This document shows, piece by piece, positions 11,506 to 23,940 of a stretch of 64,000 nt of DNA. The first letter of the stretch is position 1, and every line of letters starts with the position of its first letter. The DNA lies in NCBI GenBank assembly GCA_965603825.1, contig CBFDEM010000062.1, forward strand, positions 744,001-808,000, written 5' to 3'. The position numbers and the translations under genes were made by a program. Under the pieces are notes generated by a model. That model saw only the letters and a list, made by a program, of their open reading frames with translations. It had not been told where the DNA came from and did no database searches. The stretch comes from Blepharisma stoltei ATCC 30299 (lineage: Eukaryota > Protista > Ciliophora).

Positions 11506-12519
11506 ATGTCAGGCAAGCAGACAGAGGCCGAAGAAGCCATGCCAAAGCGATTTCCAATTACAGATTATTTTTTACACTATGTAGGGAAGAGCAAAATGCA
11601 GCTTCTTTTCTTCTTGATGTTTATGCTGATATTTCCTTTTCTAGGGGTCTTTTTAAGAGAAATCGGTCGAATAATCGAATCACGAAAACTTGAGAATCCT
11701 TCATATCCTTACCCCGAGTACAGTGATTTTTTGCTTGCCTTGACTACCTGTGGCCTATTACTTCTTATTATGCATACTTTTAAGATTAGTTTGAGAGGGG
11801 TTGCTAGAAGTGCTATATCAAAAAGGTATCCTGTTTCTCAAAGAAATGACCGAGCTGATAGATTACTAGACAGGCTATTTAAAGGGATTTATTTTATGTT
11901 TTCATTTGGGTTTGGTTATTATATTGCTAAAGATTTAGACTTTTTCCCACCAGCATTAGGTGGAAAAGGGTCAGCGAATTATATGTTTGATGGGTATCCA
12001 TATCAAGAAAAACAGCCTTTATTGAGGGAATATCTTATGATCCAGCTAGGCTATCATCTTAAATCTTTAGTAATTCACCTATGGAGCAAACCAAGAAACG
12101 ATTTTATGGAAATGCTGCTTCATCACTTTATGACTGTTTTTTTGATTTCCCTTGCATATATGATGAACTACGTCAATATGAGCATCCTTGTACTTTACAC
12201 CCACGATTTTGCTGACATTTTCGGCTGCTTTGTACAGACTTTTGTGGACACTGATAGAGTATATTGTACGCTAACTTCTTATATTTTGCTTTTAATAACT
12301 TGGTTCTATACAAGAATTTGGGTGTTTCCTAATGAATTAATAAGAGCAGCATGCTACGAATCGACGACTGAAATTCATGGATTATGGCTTTTGGGAGGAA
12401 TGCTTCATTTTTTGTTGGTTTTGCATGTGTATTGGTATTATTTGTTTTTAAAAATGGGGTATAAGTTTTTGAAAACTAGTCATGCTGAAGACATTCAACA
12501 TAAAATAGAGACGCATTAG
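11506..12519 (+). CDS. LAG1: Ceramide synthase (LAG1/TLC family)
   Basis: Lag1 motif RNDFMEMLLHHFMT...LYTHDFAD; multiple TM helices. Confidence 0.93.
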   Translation: MSGKQTEAEEAMPKRFPITDYFLHYVGKSKMQLLFFLMFMLIFPFLGVFLREIGRIIESRKLENPSYPYPEYSDFLLALTTCGLLLLIMHTFKISLRGVARSAISKRYPVSQRNDRADRLLDRLFKGIYFMFSFGFGYYIAKDLDFFPPALGGKGSANYMFDGYPYQEKQPLLREYLMIQLGYHLKSLVIHLWSKPRNDFMEMLLHHFMTVFLISLAYMMNYVNMSILVLYTHDFADIFGCFVQTFVDTDRVYCTLTSYILLLITWFYTRIWVFPNELIRAACYESTTEIHGLWLLGGMLHFLLVLHVYWYYLFLKMGYKFLKTSHAEDIQHKIETH

Positions 12520-12859
12520 AGCTTAACATTATAATAAATATTTTTAGGAAATTATGAGATTATTAAAATTGGTGTCTTATAAAATAATTTGACTTAGATG
12601 TCATTATATATTGATATATGTCAGAAATCATTTTATATGAATTTATTTCTTGTTTAATAAATATTACGTTACTAGAAAATTCAATGAATAATTGTGCACT
12701 CATTATACTTTATATATAAAGAATGGCCTTTTCTAATAGAAAATCTGTATAAAATTTCATTATATGTTAGCATATATTCCTCTTTACCGTTAGTGAAAAA
12801 TTTTCTTAAATGTTTTAATTTCTTCCCTTATGTAATTAATTAGGTTTCTAATCATTGAT

Positions 12860-13090
12860 ATGATTTTGATATCTAGCATCACCCTGAATGATTGTTTTGT
12901 ATTCGATCAAATTTAGTTTATTATACTCTAGGTATTTCCAAATGAGATTATTCGAGTGCCTTTTTACGAAGCAACTACTAAAATTCATGAGTTTGGGCTC
13001 TTGAGGGATCATTCATTTTATGCTTGCATTAGCATATATTGGTTTCCTATCTTTAAGAATGGGTAAAAAATTCTTTAAAGCTCGCCCTAC
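12860..13090 (+). pseudogene. Degenerate tandem copy of the ceramide synthase 3' end
   Basis: GTATTTCCAAATGAGATTATTCGAGTG..TACGAAGCAACTACTAAAATTCATG (VFPNEIIR..YEATTKIH) parallels VFPNELIR..YESTTEIH, with frameshifts. Left boundary uncertain. Confidence 0.7.
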
Positions 13091-13654
13091 TAAACAAAGG
13101 AAAAGCGATAACTTTCAAATAATTATTAGTAAGTAAATTCATTAATATATAGCAGGCTTAAATGGCAAATATACTCATGTTTGTTTAATTCATTCAGATG
13201 ATTTGAAAATAAATATATCATAGGTATATCTAATGATAGCATTTAGAAATCAACTTTAAGATTAGGCTTCTACTGATTTCGTCTGATTTTATAAATATAC
13301 TTATCCAAATTATCATAAAAATATAAAAAAATAATGATTCAAGTAAATCACCAATAATTGATTGATTTTACTATAAAATTTTTACTTATCTCTTAATAAT
13401 TTTGAAACGATGCAAAAAAAATATTGTCTATAAGTTTACATTTTCTTAATAAAGCTACTAAATTCAGGCTCAAAATCATGTCAAATGATTCTTTTTGTGC
13501 TTTATAAATATATTTACTTTCTGATTCCTAATTTGATCATTTCTTATTTACTTTTTTTACTATAATAGAAATAATTCACAAAAAATAATACTTTCTTTTT
13601 TTGGCAATTATTTTCCTACACAGCGCTAACTTTGAATTTTAACTATTATAATAA

Positions 13655-14110
13655 ATGGCAGCAGAGCAATATAAAGACTATTGGAAAGGATATACAGATG
13701 GGCATAAAGGTGCAGCTCATGCAAAGAATCAGCCTTGGTATTTATATAGAAATTTCAGAGGTCCAGTACAAACAGTGGTACCAGAGCCAAAGAGACAGCC
13801 TCAAGTTTACAATCGCTGGACAAATGATGCTCGCACAAAGGCAGCGCTTAGATGGTGTGGCAAGTGGCTGTTCGCTACAAGGAAACAACGTCTTTTTATG
13901 GTTATTCTTGCAGCTTTTACTGTCGAAAAGGTTGATACTTGGATTCTCCATTCCATTACAAGATATAATAACTTGGAATGCACCATGGAATACGCTTACA
14001 AGAAAGAAAGAGAATGGAAAGAACACCTGGAAGCTGAAAAAGCTAGAAGAAGAGCTTTAGGACTTCCAGAAGATGGAGAAGAAGAGGAAGTTGAAGAGTC
14101 TGAAGAATAG
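13655..14110 (+). CDS. Single-pass protein with acidic tail, possibly a respiratory-chain (QCR9-like) subunit
   Basis: ATG in A-rich context, one TM segment, E-rich C-terminus; family guess weak. Confidence 0.65.
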   Translation: MAAEQYKDYWKGYTDGHKGAAHAKNQPWYLYRNFRGPVQTVVPEPKRQPQVYNRWTNDARTKAALRWCGKWLFATRKQRLFMVILAAFTVEKVDTWILHSITRYNNLECTMEYAYKKEREWKEHLEAEKARRRALGLPEDGEEEEVEESEE

Positions 14111-14330
14111 ATAACTAACTTTAGGAATTCTAGCTAAAGGAATTCAATTGTAAAAATATCAAAATATTGTGTAAAAAAGTCTGGAAGCATAAATTTTCTT
14201 AAATAATAATTTTCTTTTTACAATTTATTTCCTAACATTTTTCTAAAATCCCCAAATTTCCTTCTCTCTCGTTATTTCTATTAACCCCTCAACCAGATCA
14301 CATCAGAGTATCTCTCTAATAATAATTTTT

Positions 14331-15587
14331 ATGAAATGTCCCAAATGCAATAGTGAAGAAATCGAGTCTGATTCTTCTAAAGGCGATTTAAAATGCACAA
14401 ATTGTGGAAAGGTCCTCGACGAAAGCCAGCTCGCTAATGAAGTCACTTTTTCTTCCCAAGCCGTCGTAGGTACTTTTGTTTCAACAATCGGGCGATCCCT
14501 CAGAACTGCAAAAGGCTACACCCGAGAATCTTCAGAACTCAGCCTAGCCCGCGCCCAACGTGAAATCCAGAACCTCGCTGCAAACATGAAAATCTCCCAA
14601 CAAGACGCCGAAGCCGCACTTAGACTGTATTCTCTTGCAAAGCAGCAAAATTTCATACAAGGCCGAAAAGGGATCCATGTGATTGCAGCAGCTCTTTATA
14701 TTGTCTGTAGGCAGCAGCGTAGCCCATTGCTGCTTATTGATTTTGCTGATGCAATTGGCGGGGATTTATTTGTATTAGGCTCTGTTTATAGAAAACTGGT
14801 AAAAGCTTTGCATTTTGATACGGCGCTGCCTCTGATTGACCCAAGTCTTTTTATTCATAGGTTTTGTGCAAAGCTGGATTTTAAAGAAAAAACGAACCAA
14901 GTTGCTATGACTGCTAATAGAATTGTACAGAGGATGAGGAGGGATTGGATGAGCTCAGGGAGGAGACCGACTGGTCTTTGTGGGGCTGCAATTTTGATAG
15001 CATCAAGGTATCATGGGTTTAAAAGGTCGACACAGCAGGTTTTGCAGGTGGTCAGGGTTTGTAATGATACTATAAGAAAAAGACTAGAAGAATTTGAAAA
15101 TACTATGGTCGCAAGCTTGACTAGGGAGGAATTCGAAACCTTGAACTTAGAAAGTGAAGATTTAGGGGAAAGCAACCCACCTTCATTTAAACCTTTTTCT
15201 AATGATAATCCTAAAGCTATTGAAGATGCTCCTAGCTTGTTAGCACTTCCTAGCACCATTCCTGACAACTTGTCTGATATTGATGAAGACGAAATCGATG
15301 AATTTATATTATCCCCTCAAGAATCCTACCTTAAAAGCTTAGTGTGGCACCAATTAAATTCTGACTGGCTAGAAAAGCAAAAACAAAAAGAATTCACCTC
15401 AGAGCCTCCTCTCAAAAAGAAACGTAAGAAAAAAGTGTCAATTGGAGAAAGCCCAAAAGATCCAGTTGAGGCTATCAAGATGAGTGGTAAACTCAGCAAC
15501 TCAATGAATCCTGAAGTCCTTAATAATCTTTTTAAGAACGAGAATCAAGAAGTGTATACTTATACATCTCTTTTACAAAGGAAATAA
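14331..15587 (+). CDS. BRF1: TFIIIB subunit BRF1
   Basis: Zn ribbon CPKC..CTNCG; cyclin folds with QGRK, IDPSLFIHRF, RMRRDWMSSGRRPTGLCGAA; C-terminal BRF1 block DIDEDEIDEFILSPQE..KSLVW..N..WL. Confidence 0.96.
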   Translation: MKCPKCNSEEIESDSSKGDLKCTNCGKVLDESQLANEVTFSSQAVVGTFVSTIGRSLRTAKGYTRESSELSLARAQREIQNLAANMKISQQDAEAALRLYSLAKQQNFIQGRKGIHVIAAALYIVCRQQRSPLLLIDFADAIGGDLFVLGSVYRKLVKALHFDTALPLIDPSLFIHRFCAKLDFKEKTNQVAMTANRIVQRMRRDWMSSGRRPTGLCGAAILIASRYHGFKRSTQQVLQVVRVCNDTIRKRLEEFENTMVASLTREEFETLNLESEDLGESNPPSFKPFSNDNPKAIEDAPSLLALPSTIPDNLSDIDEDEIDEFILSPQESYLKSLVWHQLNSDWLEKQKQKEFTSEPPLKKKRKKKVSIGESPKDPVEAIKMSGKLSNSMNPEVLNNLFKNENQEVYTYTSLLQRK

Positions 15588-15594
15588 TATAATT

Positions 15595-17763
15595 ATGAAT
15601 ACTTTTAATTATTCTCAAATCTTTAAAACAGCTGAAAAAACTAAAGAAGAAAGTGATAGAGATTCAAAACTCAGAAAAGTCACTGAAATGCTTGATGAAG
15701 ATTTTGAGATGAGCCAAATGAAATCTCGGTCTATATCAACGTCACAAATAACTGATAGGCAATCATTGACAAAAACGTTCAATAAATTGCTGTTTAAAAA
15801 TCAGAAAAAAGCTAAAGAAATCGAGGAACTGAAAGAAATCATTGAAAATTTCAAAAAAGCGAATAATCCGATTGAATTCCAAAGGAAGAAGTCGGAGTTT
15901 TCACTGGTGGAAATGCAGAGCTCGATAAATAGTAGATATATTGTGACGGAAACAGAGAAATCAGAGTATATAGAAAAGCTTAAAAACGAAATAGAAAAAA
16001 TCAATGAAAAGCATGATCAGGAATATTTTATGACTGAGCAGTTAGTTTCTATGAAAGCTAAAGCCAAACAATCAATTGTAAAAACTAAGCAGATTAATAT
16101 GAAGAAAAAAGTCTGGGAAATCCAAATCAACTGTGAATCAGCTAGAAAATATGAAACCAGAGCCAGTATCATGGAAAGAGTTGCAGATAACGATAAAATA
16201 AGGACAAGCTTTAATAATACTCTACAAAGATTGACCATTAAAACTGAAAGAAGGAACCGACAAGATAAATTAAGCTTTTTAGCACAGAAAGAAACAGTAT
16301 TAAAAAAAGATATCGAAGAATTAGCTTTGAAATTCGCTGAAGATACTGTGAAAAATGATGACCAAAAAGAATTTCGCACTGTTTTATCACAGGACTTAAA
16401 AGAAGTTTTATTAGACCATGATGAGCTTAGGGCTATGAGCCAAAAAATTCAATCAAAACTTGAAGTTTATGAAGATGTATTTCGGCATGTAAAAGAGTAA
16501 AAAATATATAGATTGACGAAAAAATCAAAATGCCTAGATGGAGGCTTAGAAAATCCAGGAATTCTCCCACAAGATGTAGTGAATTGTTTTGGCAGAATGA
16601 TTTCAATAGAAACTAAGCTGAAAGAAAGATTTGAAGACCTCACCTCAATTCATAACAAATTAAAATACAAGTGTGATAGAATTACGAATACACTTAGCAA
16701 GCTAAAAAAATCAGAAGAAAATTCTGTCAATGTAGATGATATAAAAAAGAGGGTAAAAGGGATTAGACCTAGAAATGCAAGTGAAGGGGTTACCTTGACT
16801 GATTTAATTGTTTCTTGGGATACGCTTACAGATGATACTGGTAAGCATGAACTTATAGAAAAATATGAAAAAGTTTCAGCTTTTACAGGAAAATTTCTAT
16901 CAGAAACATGCTCAAAAGTACTATCAACACTCCAGAACTTATTTATGCATACTAACGATATAAAAAGTCAAGAAATTTTGCATGGAAATTCTACGTTTCT
17001 GACAGAATTCCAAGAGCCTCCATCTGCTGCTCCAAAAAGTCCTATAAAATCTTTAGATTTTTTTATCAACGAAAACTCAATATTACGCCAAAAAATCGAA
17101 ATTTCCTTAAAATCACTATTAAGATTTTTATCAGGCCACGCAGAATTGACTACTGAAATTGGAGAATCTATAAAATCTTATGATATTCCAGAGCAAAAAG
17201 AAGCAAAAATAATTGAAGTATTATCATTTCCAGTATCAAAGCATAACTCAAAAGCTATTTCTGGCCTTATAACTTCAGCAATAAAAATGAAGATTCAAGA
17301 ATTGATCACAAAAAAAGTTTCGAAGCCATCAGGCCTTAAAGAAGTGTTTGACGATTTTGTTAAAAGATTTAAAATCTGTGAAATTAATATGAATACTTTA
17401 AATACGGAGGATTTAGTTGATGAGACTGATCCTCAAAGCCCTTTAAACTCAGGCCACAATGCTAATGAATCTGCTGGATCTCCTAGATCGAGAAAAAAAA
17501 AGAAAATTTCGCTTCCCAAACTTTACCAAATGCCGTCTAATAAAGACAGAAGAAGTGTTATCCAAGAAATAAAGCTTATTGAATCGAAAATTGATGAAGT
17601 GAAAAAGCAGCATAATAAAGAAAGAACATCTAGAAGAAAAGAAAATAAAAGAGAAGGGTTTATGAGTAGACTGTCAAGTGATAAAAGTCTACCTTCACTT
17701 TCCCAGTCTGGGAGTGAAGCTTTATTTAGAACTTACTCTCATATGTCTACAGGAAGAAGATAA
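15595..17763 (+). CDS. Large coiled-coil protein (joins two ORFs through a 15-nt intron)
   Basis: The intron at 16497-16511 removes a TAA and keeps frame; a second probable intron lies at 16078-16092. Confidence 0.85.
16078..16092 (+). other. Probable 15-nt intron
   Basis: GTAAAAACTAAGCAG, TA at positions 9-10; in frame with no stop. Confidence 0.55.
16497..16511 (+). other. 15-nt intron
   Basis: GTAAAAAATATATAG; contains the TAA that splits two same-frame ORFs. Confidence 0.9.
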
Positions 17764-18469
17764 AAAGATTTTACTAATTAAAAGATCTGGAAGCTGATCT
17801 AGATATTTTTTTATTATTTTAAAATTATTTGCATGTATAATTGATAGAAATTTTAAAAAAGGAAATGGGATTATTTTGAAGAAAATTTACACGAAATATT
17901 TATGATTTATTTTGAGTGAATAAAATGGCGATTTATTTCCTAGACGTAATAAATATATAGCTGATTTTCGAGTTTTAATAGTCAAAATAAATAGTAAAAA
18001 TAATTCTATTTCATAAAACTAAATTTTAAAATATTAATATGAGATTATTTTTTATAAAAAGCTGAGAATTTTATAAAAAGTATGAGAGCTTTCTTAAAAA
18101 TGTCTTGGAGCTATTAAAATGAGGATAACAAAATGTGCAGCCTAATACTTCATAAGTGTTTTTAATACAAAAAATAAAAGACTTTCTTCTACTTGAAAGA
18201 CTTTTTTAGTTTTCTAATCTGAATTTTATTTCTTATTGCGTAATTTCTTTTTTAATTGAAGAGATTTTTTTAGCATAATATATTATAAATTTCAGAGTCA
18301 TTTATATTTTTTCATATTGATTGCTAAGAATATTCTATAAATATCGATTGTTTTATTTTATTTTAGAGTTAAGTAACAATAATTTTATTTTTCTAATCAA
18401 CTCTACCTTTCTCGTAAGATTAATTGTATAAAAAAATAATTTAAGCAAATTTTTCATTTATTATAAAAG

Positions 18470-18566
18470 TTCAGCTTTGAAAATTTAGCTCAATAAAGAT
18501 TATCTCAATATTTGTTGAATTAAATAATTAAACATTTTCGTAACAGCCAGACTAAAAAATATGGAC
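18470..18566. repeat. Conserved non-coding element, downstream of copy 1
   Basis: TTTTCGTAACAGCCAGACTAAAAAATATGGA core with a degenerate first half. Confidence 0.8.
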
Positions 18567-19178
18567 TTTCTGAAATTAAAATTTCAATGATATCGAATGA
18601 TATTGATTGATTTTTTAAAGGCTCTCTATCGACTGGAGTGTGTATCTTTAAAAATTCCTTACGTCAATAATGATTTTAATTTTTAAGATCTAAATCTGTA
18701 TTTTTAAGGTTAAATTAAATAAAACTTGAATTATTTTGTTCTAAATTAATGCTGTTGAAATTATTAATAAAATCAAAAGACAAAGCTGTATCGCATTCAT
18801 GTTATATAATCTACTATTAATGATTATGAGAAATATTACTTGAAGGTTGTATTTAATTTTTTGATAAGGCAATAAATTAATTTAATACAAAAGCATGTAT
18901 TTCCTTGCTTTATATAACAAGAATCTTTACAAGAGTACACAATAAATTCTTTATTTGCATATATTTCATTATTCAGAGAACCTGCTCAGATTTTCCTATA
19001 TTGCGCAATTCTTGTATTATATATACAATTTTCAAAATATAATGATTAATACTTTTTAGCATTGTTCTATTTTTGCAACGAAATAAAATAAGGATTACAT
19101 TACTTAGGCTCCATTTCTTAGATGTATATATTTATTAGTATTCAGACAATTCTGATAACGATTACTTAGAATTAAAGC

Positions 19179-19592
19179 TTAAATTGCCAAATCTTCAGTA
19201 TTAATGGGCTTACAAATCCTGGCTCTATGGTAACTCCGCAAATAGCAGAGCTGGCACATTCCCTTTGCGTAGAGTGAGCGATCCTGGTGTGGGCAAGTTC
19301 AAGCTTTTTTGTCTCTTCCACTTTTATGATAGCAAGAGTTGCACATATTCTTGGCGTAATGACGATTATTGTAATGAGGGCAAGCTGTGACCTTCATTTT
19401 TGGCGACTTTCTCGATCTTTTTTTTTTAGAATTTTTTTTATCCTCTTTCTGAGACTCAGCTTCTTTGACTTCACTCACCTCTTCCATGAATATGTTAGGA
19501 AGCTGTAGATTTGATGTTCCTTTTGAAGACTTGAAAATTAAGGAATACATGCCTGAAAACACTGTAGCTTCATAATCGGATTTTTTATTCAT
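19179..19592 (-). CDS. Twin Cys/His zinc-finger-like protein, copy 1
   Basis: FSGMYSLIF..LQLPNIF..CPH....HYAKNMCNSCYH..(W=TGA 19299)TCPHQDRSLYAKGMCQLCY; TAA at 19179. Confidence 0.9.
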
Positions 19593-20403
19593 CTATAATA
19601 TTATATTATGTTTCTTAAGGTTTTTTAGTAAGAGAACTAAAATTGATATAAATGCAGCTTATCTGATGTGATAATAAGTGCAATGCAGTTATTGGTAACT
19701 TTTTGCTGCTTATATAGAGTGGAATATTATTTATAAAAAAAATTTACAACAGAAATCCTTAATTTAGCATATAATAGCATTTAAAACTGAAAATGAATTG
19801 TACCGATGATTATGAAAAATGATTCCATGAATAGTACTAAATTTGTATTTTTTATTTTAAATCTAAGTTTGCTTATATAAAATTAATAAAGAATAATTAA
19901 ATGTGTTTATAAGTATTCTTGTGTCAAATCAGAAGGAGGCACGAATTTCACTAGCCTTAATTTTTTTTATTACTGATTTATGGCTTTTTCCAAAAACTCC
20001 CAAAAAAATTAGGTAATTTATGAACACATATAGTTTCACTTTTTCTAAGCTACTTCCCAATTACAACCTGCAAAAATTAATATTCGTAAATGCGGGGTAG
20101 ATAAATTTAAAGATCAAAGGATGTGGTTGTATTTTTTATGCTTTTTTATCTTGGATAATTTTGATTAATATAGGCTTTTTTTTCTTTTTATATTGAAAAA
20201 CGGCCTCCTTGCAATAAATATAAAGCATCATTTATTTTAGAATCTATGATTTACCCTGTTGATTACTAAAATGCTTTTTAAATTATTAAATTAGCTATTT
20301 GATATAAAAACATTAATAATTCTTCTTCTATTGATTCCAACTCTCTTTTTAGGGTAGGTGTGTTAGATAAGGTTTCAAGCAAAAATTTCCTTTCATTATT
20401 ACA

Positions 20404-20490
20404 AGTTTAGCCTTATAAGCTTAGGCTCAGTAAAGCAGCTATTTTCATATTTATTGTAATAAATTTTGTAACAGCCAGACTAAAAACATA
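20404..20490. repeat. Conserved element, upstream of copy 1
   Basis: AGCCTTATAAGCTTAGGCTCAGTAAAGCAGCT..TCATATTTATT..AAATTTTGTAACAGCCAGACTAAAAA. Confidence 0.9.
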
Positions 20491-21852
20491 CGTTAAACTT
20501 ATGCTAAATATAAGAATCTTTCATAGAGCAATCTATAAATGAAATTTAAAAGCATTTAAAAATCTATTAATAGATAAGGATTTTCTTTCTTAACTTCATA
20601 GAAATTCTTAAATAAAGTGCGTTGTGCTTTTTAAGCCCTTCAAAATTCGAGATCAAATGAACACTATATTTATCTTTTCATTTACTACATAATAAATTGC
20701 CTTTTCTCATAAATGAATATGTAAAAACTCGAAAAAACTTCAGTAAGGTTTTGCTTCTTATAGTGCCACTACAATAAATACTTCAATTTGATAGCTCCTG
20801 AATTAATGCAACAGTATATAAAAATTATCCATAAACAGGCAAATGCCACAATTTTCAAGCCATTTAATCATTCCAAAACAACATATTTTGCAGGTTTCGT
20901 TCCCTTTCATTCATAAATTATCAATTTTATAATATAGTCTGTAAGTGGTACACGAAACATAAATATTTTGAAGCCTCATTTTTTAGCCTTTCTGGGAAGG
21001 TAATATTTTAGCTTGTGGCGCCCTTTGAAGCCGATTATGGACTAGCAAAGAGAAGCTTTTGCAGTGAATTTAATGAGTAAGAAAAGTAATTTTATAATAA
21101 GGATTATAATGTCGATACCTCTATCTATATCATTAATGCATAAAAATAATGCAATCTGCGAAAATCTATTAAAAATCATAAATTCGGACATAAATTTATC
21201 ATGACAGAAAGAATTTTTGATAAATAAAATGACTGCTTTGGATATCTGACAATTACCATATAATAGCTAATTTAAAGATATTTATAAAATTCATAACTAA
21301 ACAATCTTTTTAATACTAGCTATATAAATCAGTGAGATGGTTTCATTAAGTTCTTATCACAAAGAATGGAGACTAATAAATAATTATAAAATTAAAATCC
21401 CATACAAGTTAATTATAAAGAATAACTCATAGGTTTCTAATTAATGCTAAACTCTATGACATCAAAATTTATTCATAACCTCCAGGCTACCTATAAAAAA
21501 TCACGGATTTAAAAATATATTCAACTTAAAAATTTGCAATTATTTTAATAGATATTACATAAAAATAATTGGAAAAATTGTTTCTACAAATTTCTGGCTT
21601 AAATTCCTAAATTTATTATAGTTCTAATATTCATTATGCTAACTTAAATGGACCTTATCTAATAAATATAAAGTTATAATAGATTATGCTTTACCTTATT
21701 GATTAAATTCAAATAATAATTATCATGCCAACTAGCTATTTAATTGTAAAAGTATTATTTATGTATCTCTCTGATATTTCTGCTATAAATTTTTATCAAA
21801 TACTTTACTTATCAATTTAATTTTTTGAATAAAATATTTCCTTCACAATCAT

Positions 21853-21952
21853 AAGCTAGGCTTTATAAGCCTAGGCTCAGTATAGCAGTAAAATCCATAT
21901 TAATTGTATTTTGGCAAATTTAAAATTCTGCAGCAGACGTTTGAAATATGGA
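21853..21952. repeat. Conserved element, downstream of copy 2
   Basis: GGCTTTATAAGCCTAGGCTCAGTATAGCAG..CCATATT..AAATATGGA. Confidence 0.8.
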
Positions 21953-22298
21953 ATAACAAAACTTAAATTCAAAAATATATTGAATGATAATTATTGATAA
22001 TTTTGGAATTGCCGCCTGCTCAAGCATATTTATTAGTTGATATTTACTTACTTATAAAACAGGCAAAATTACGCTGAGAAATATATCTGGAAAAACTTCA
22101 TTTACCATTTAGAATAAATTTTTATATGAGTTTTCTAAGATAAAATATAAAGATAAAGGCTTTTATACATCCTTTTTTCACAAACTATTATGTCTGCCAT
22201 GAAAAGTAAAACATTTCTATATTGCATAATGCTATTATCGTTTGAGACTAATCTTTTCGATAGCTTATTGAAAATTAATTCTTAAATATTCAAATCTT

Positions 22299-22685
22299 CT
22301 AGATCTTGCGAGGCCTAGACTTATGATAATTTTGTAAATAGCAGAATTGACACATTCCCTTTGCGTAGTGCTGGCGATCCTCATGTGGGCAAATCCATGC
22401 CTTCGTTTGCCTTACTGCTCTATGATAGCAACTGCTGCACATATTCTTAGCATAGTGAGGCTTATTTATATGAGGGCAAGCTGTAACCCTCATTTTGATA
22501 AGCTTTTTATAACGACTTCTGAAAGTCGTCGAACCACTTTCCTTTTTCTCGAATTCTTCAATCTCGGGGTTTTCGTCTGAGGATATATTGGGAGTTATCA
22601 GATTTGATGCTTCTTTAGGAGCCTGAAACAGCAGGGAAAACATTTCTGAAAACACTGCAACTTTATCCCAAAACATTTTATCCAT
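22299..22685 (-). CDS. Twin zinc-finger-like protein, copy 2
   Basis: Same motifs, intact ORF. Confidence 0.9.
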   Translation of the reverse strand: MDKMFWDKVAVFSEMFSLLFQAPKEASNLITPNISSDENPEIEEFEKKESGSTTFRSRYKKLIKMRVTACPHINKPHYAKNMCSSCYHRAVRQTKAWICPHEDRQHYAKGMCQFCYLQNYHKSRPRKI

Positions 22686-23289
22686 CTAAAAATATATTTG
22701 TTGAAATATCTGTGAAATAAAATAATAAACTTAAAACAATAAAAATATTAGCAAAGGAAGAATCAAAATCAAGGTTCCTGAAAAGATTGTATTGATTATT
22801 ATTTTAGTTCAATTTAAAAACAATTTATAAGTCTAAAAATTTGAGTTATATAGTTTAGAATTTTTCTATTTCATTTTAAGGTATTTATTAAACAAATCAA
22901 ACAACCAAAAGTTTTTAAAGATAAATTAATGCATAATTTGCCTTTTTATATATTGAAAGTACTTTAGAAATTTTTCAAATAAATAATTGTGATAAATAAT
23001 GTTAAAATTTAGGCGTTTTACATAATATATTGATTTACATATACAAAATACAGATATTTTATTGCTAGGAATGTTTCTTACAATTTCGATGTGCAATTTA
23101 ATAAATTTTATTAATCTTTACGACTTACATTGAATATAAATTTTGATGATATAAATATTCTTGAAGGGCGGAAATATTTGCACCCACAGAAATTTCATGA
23201 AATCGGACTTTTGGTTTATTTTCTACAGATTTATAATCACATATGCTAATAAGATCAAGAAGTTTATTTTATTTTTGCAAAATCATCAT

Positions 23290-23352
23290 CTTAAACTGGG
23301 TCAGTAAAGTGGTAAACTTCATAAATTTGTAACAGCAGAAGCAAAAATGGAA
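23290..23352. repeat. Conserved element (short spacer), between copies 2 and 3
   Basis: CTGGGTCAGTAAAGTGG..TTCATAAATTTGTAACAGCAGAAGCAAAAATGGA. Confidence 0.8.
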
Positions 23353-23532
23353 AATTGAATTTGAAATATCCCGAATGCTTCAAAGGTGATTTTTGAGGAT
23401 CTTTTGCTCTATCATCCTGAAGAAGCATTTAACTGCTTATTATATGTTTAAAAAAATTATAAGGAGATAAAGATGTCTGTGCTGCTTTATGTCAACATGC
23501 TTAGTTTTTTTAATAATCTAATTGTAAATGAC

Positions 23533-23940
23533 TTAAATCTTTAAATCATCTAATTTGATGACAACCTTGCAAGATTTTGACTTATGATAGCTTCGCAAAT
23601 AGCAGAACTGGCACATTCCCTTTGCATAGAGTTGGCGATCTTGGTGTGGGCAATCCGAAGCCTTCTTGTTTCGCCCGCTTCGGTGATAGCAATTATTGCA
23701 CATGTTCTTGGCATAGTGTTTTTTATTTGCGTGAGGGCACGCTGTAATTCTTTTTTTGGGTACTTTTTTGCGCTTATAAACTTTTTTTAAATTTCTTCTT
23801 TTAATGAATTCCTCAACATCTGTGGCATCGTCAGAGAAGATATTGGGAAGTCGCAGAGTTGGCACTTCTTCTGGATCTGCCAAGATTAGGGAAAATATTC
23901 CTGAAAACACTGTTGTGTTGTCTTTGTTAACTTCTTTCAT
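23533..23940 (-). CDS. Twin zinc-finger-like protein, copy 3
   Basis: Same motifs; linker W replaced by S. Confidence 0.9.
   Translation of the reverse strand: MKEVNKDNTTVFSGIFSLILADPEEVPTLRLPNIFSDDATDVEEFIKRRNLKKVYKRKKVPKKRITACPHANKKHYAKNMCNNCYHRSGRNKKASDCPHQDRQLYAKGMCQFCYLRSYHKSKSCKVVIKLDDLKI

Noticed and set aside
13632-14060. Overlapping 142-aa ORF in an alternative frame
   Set aside because: Starts at TTG and shadows the ATG-initiated 13655 gene; no recognisable features.
18561-18690. ATGGA at the end of the conserved element as the start of an antisense micro-ORF family
   Set aside because: Frames are not conserved: the 34069 and 53094 duplicates are frameshifted relative to each other and the 21948 copy stops at codon 3.
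20820-21060. Possible decayed Cys-containing coding fragment on the minus strand
   Set aside because: Too fragmentary to assign; no consistent frame.
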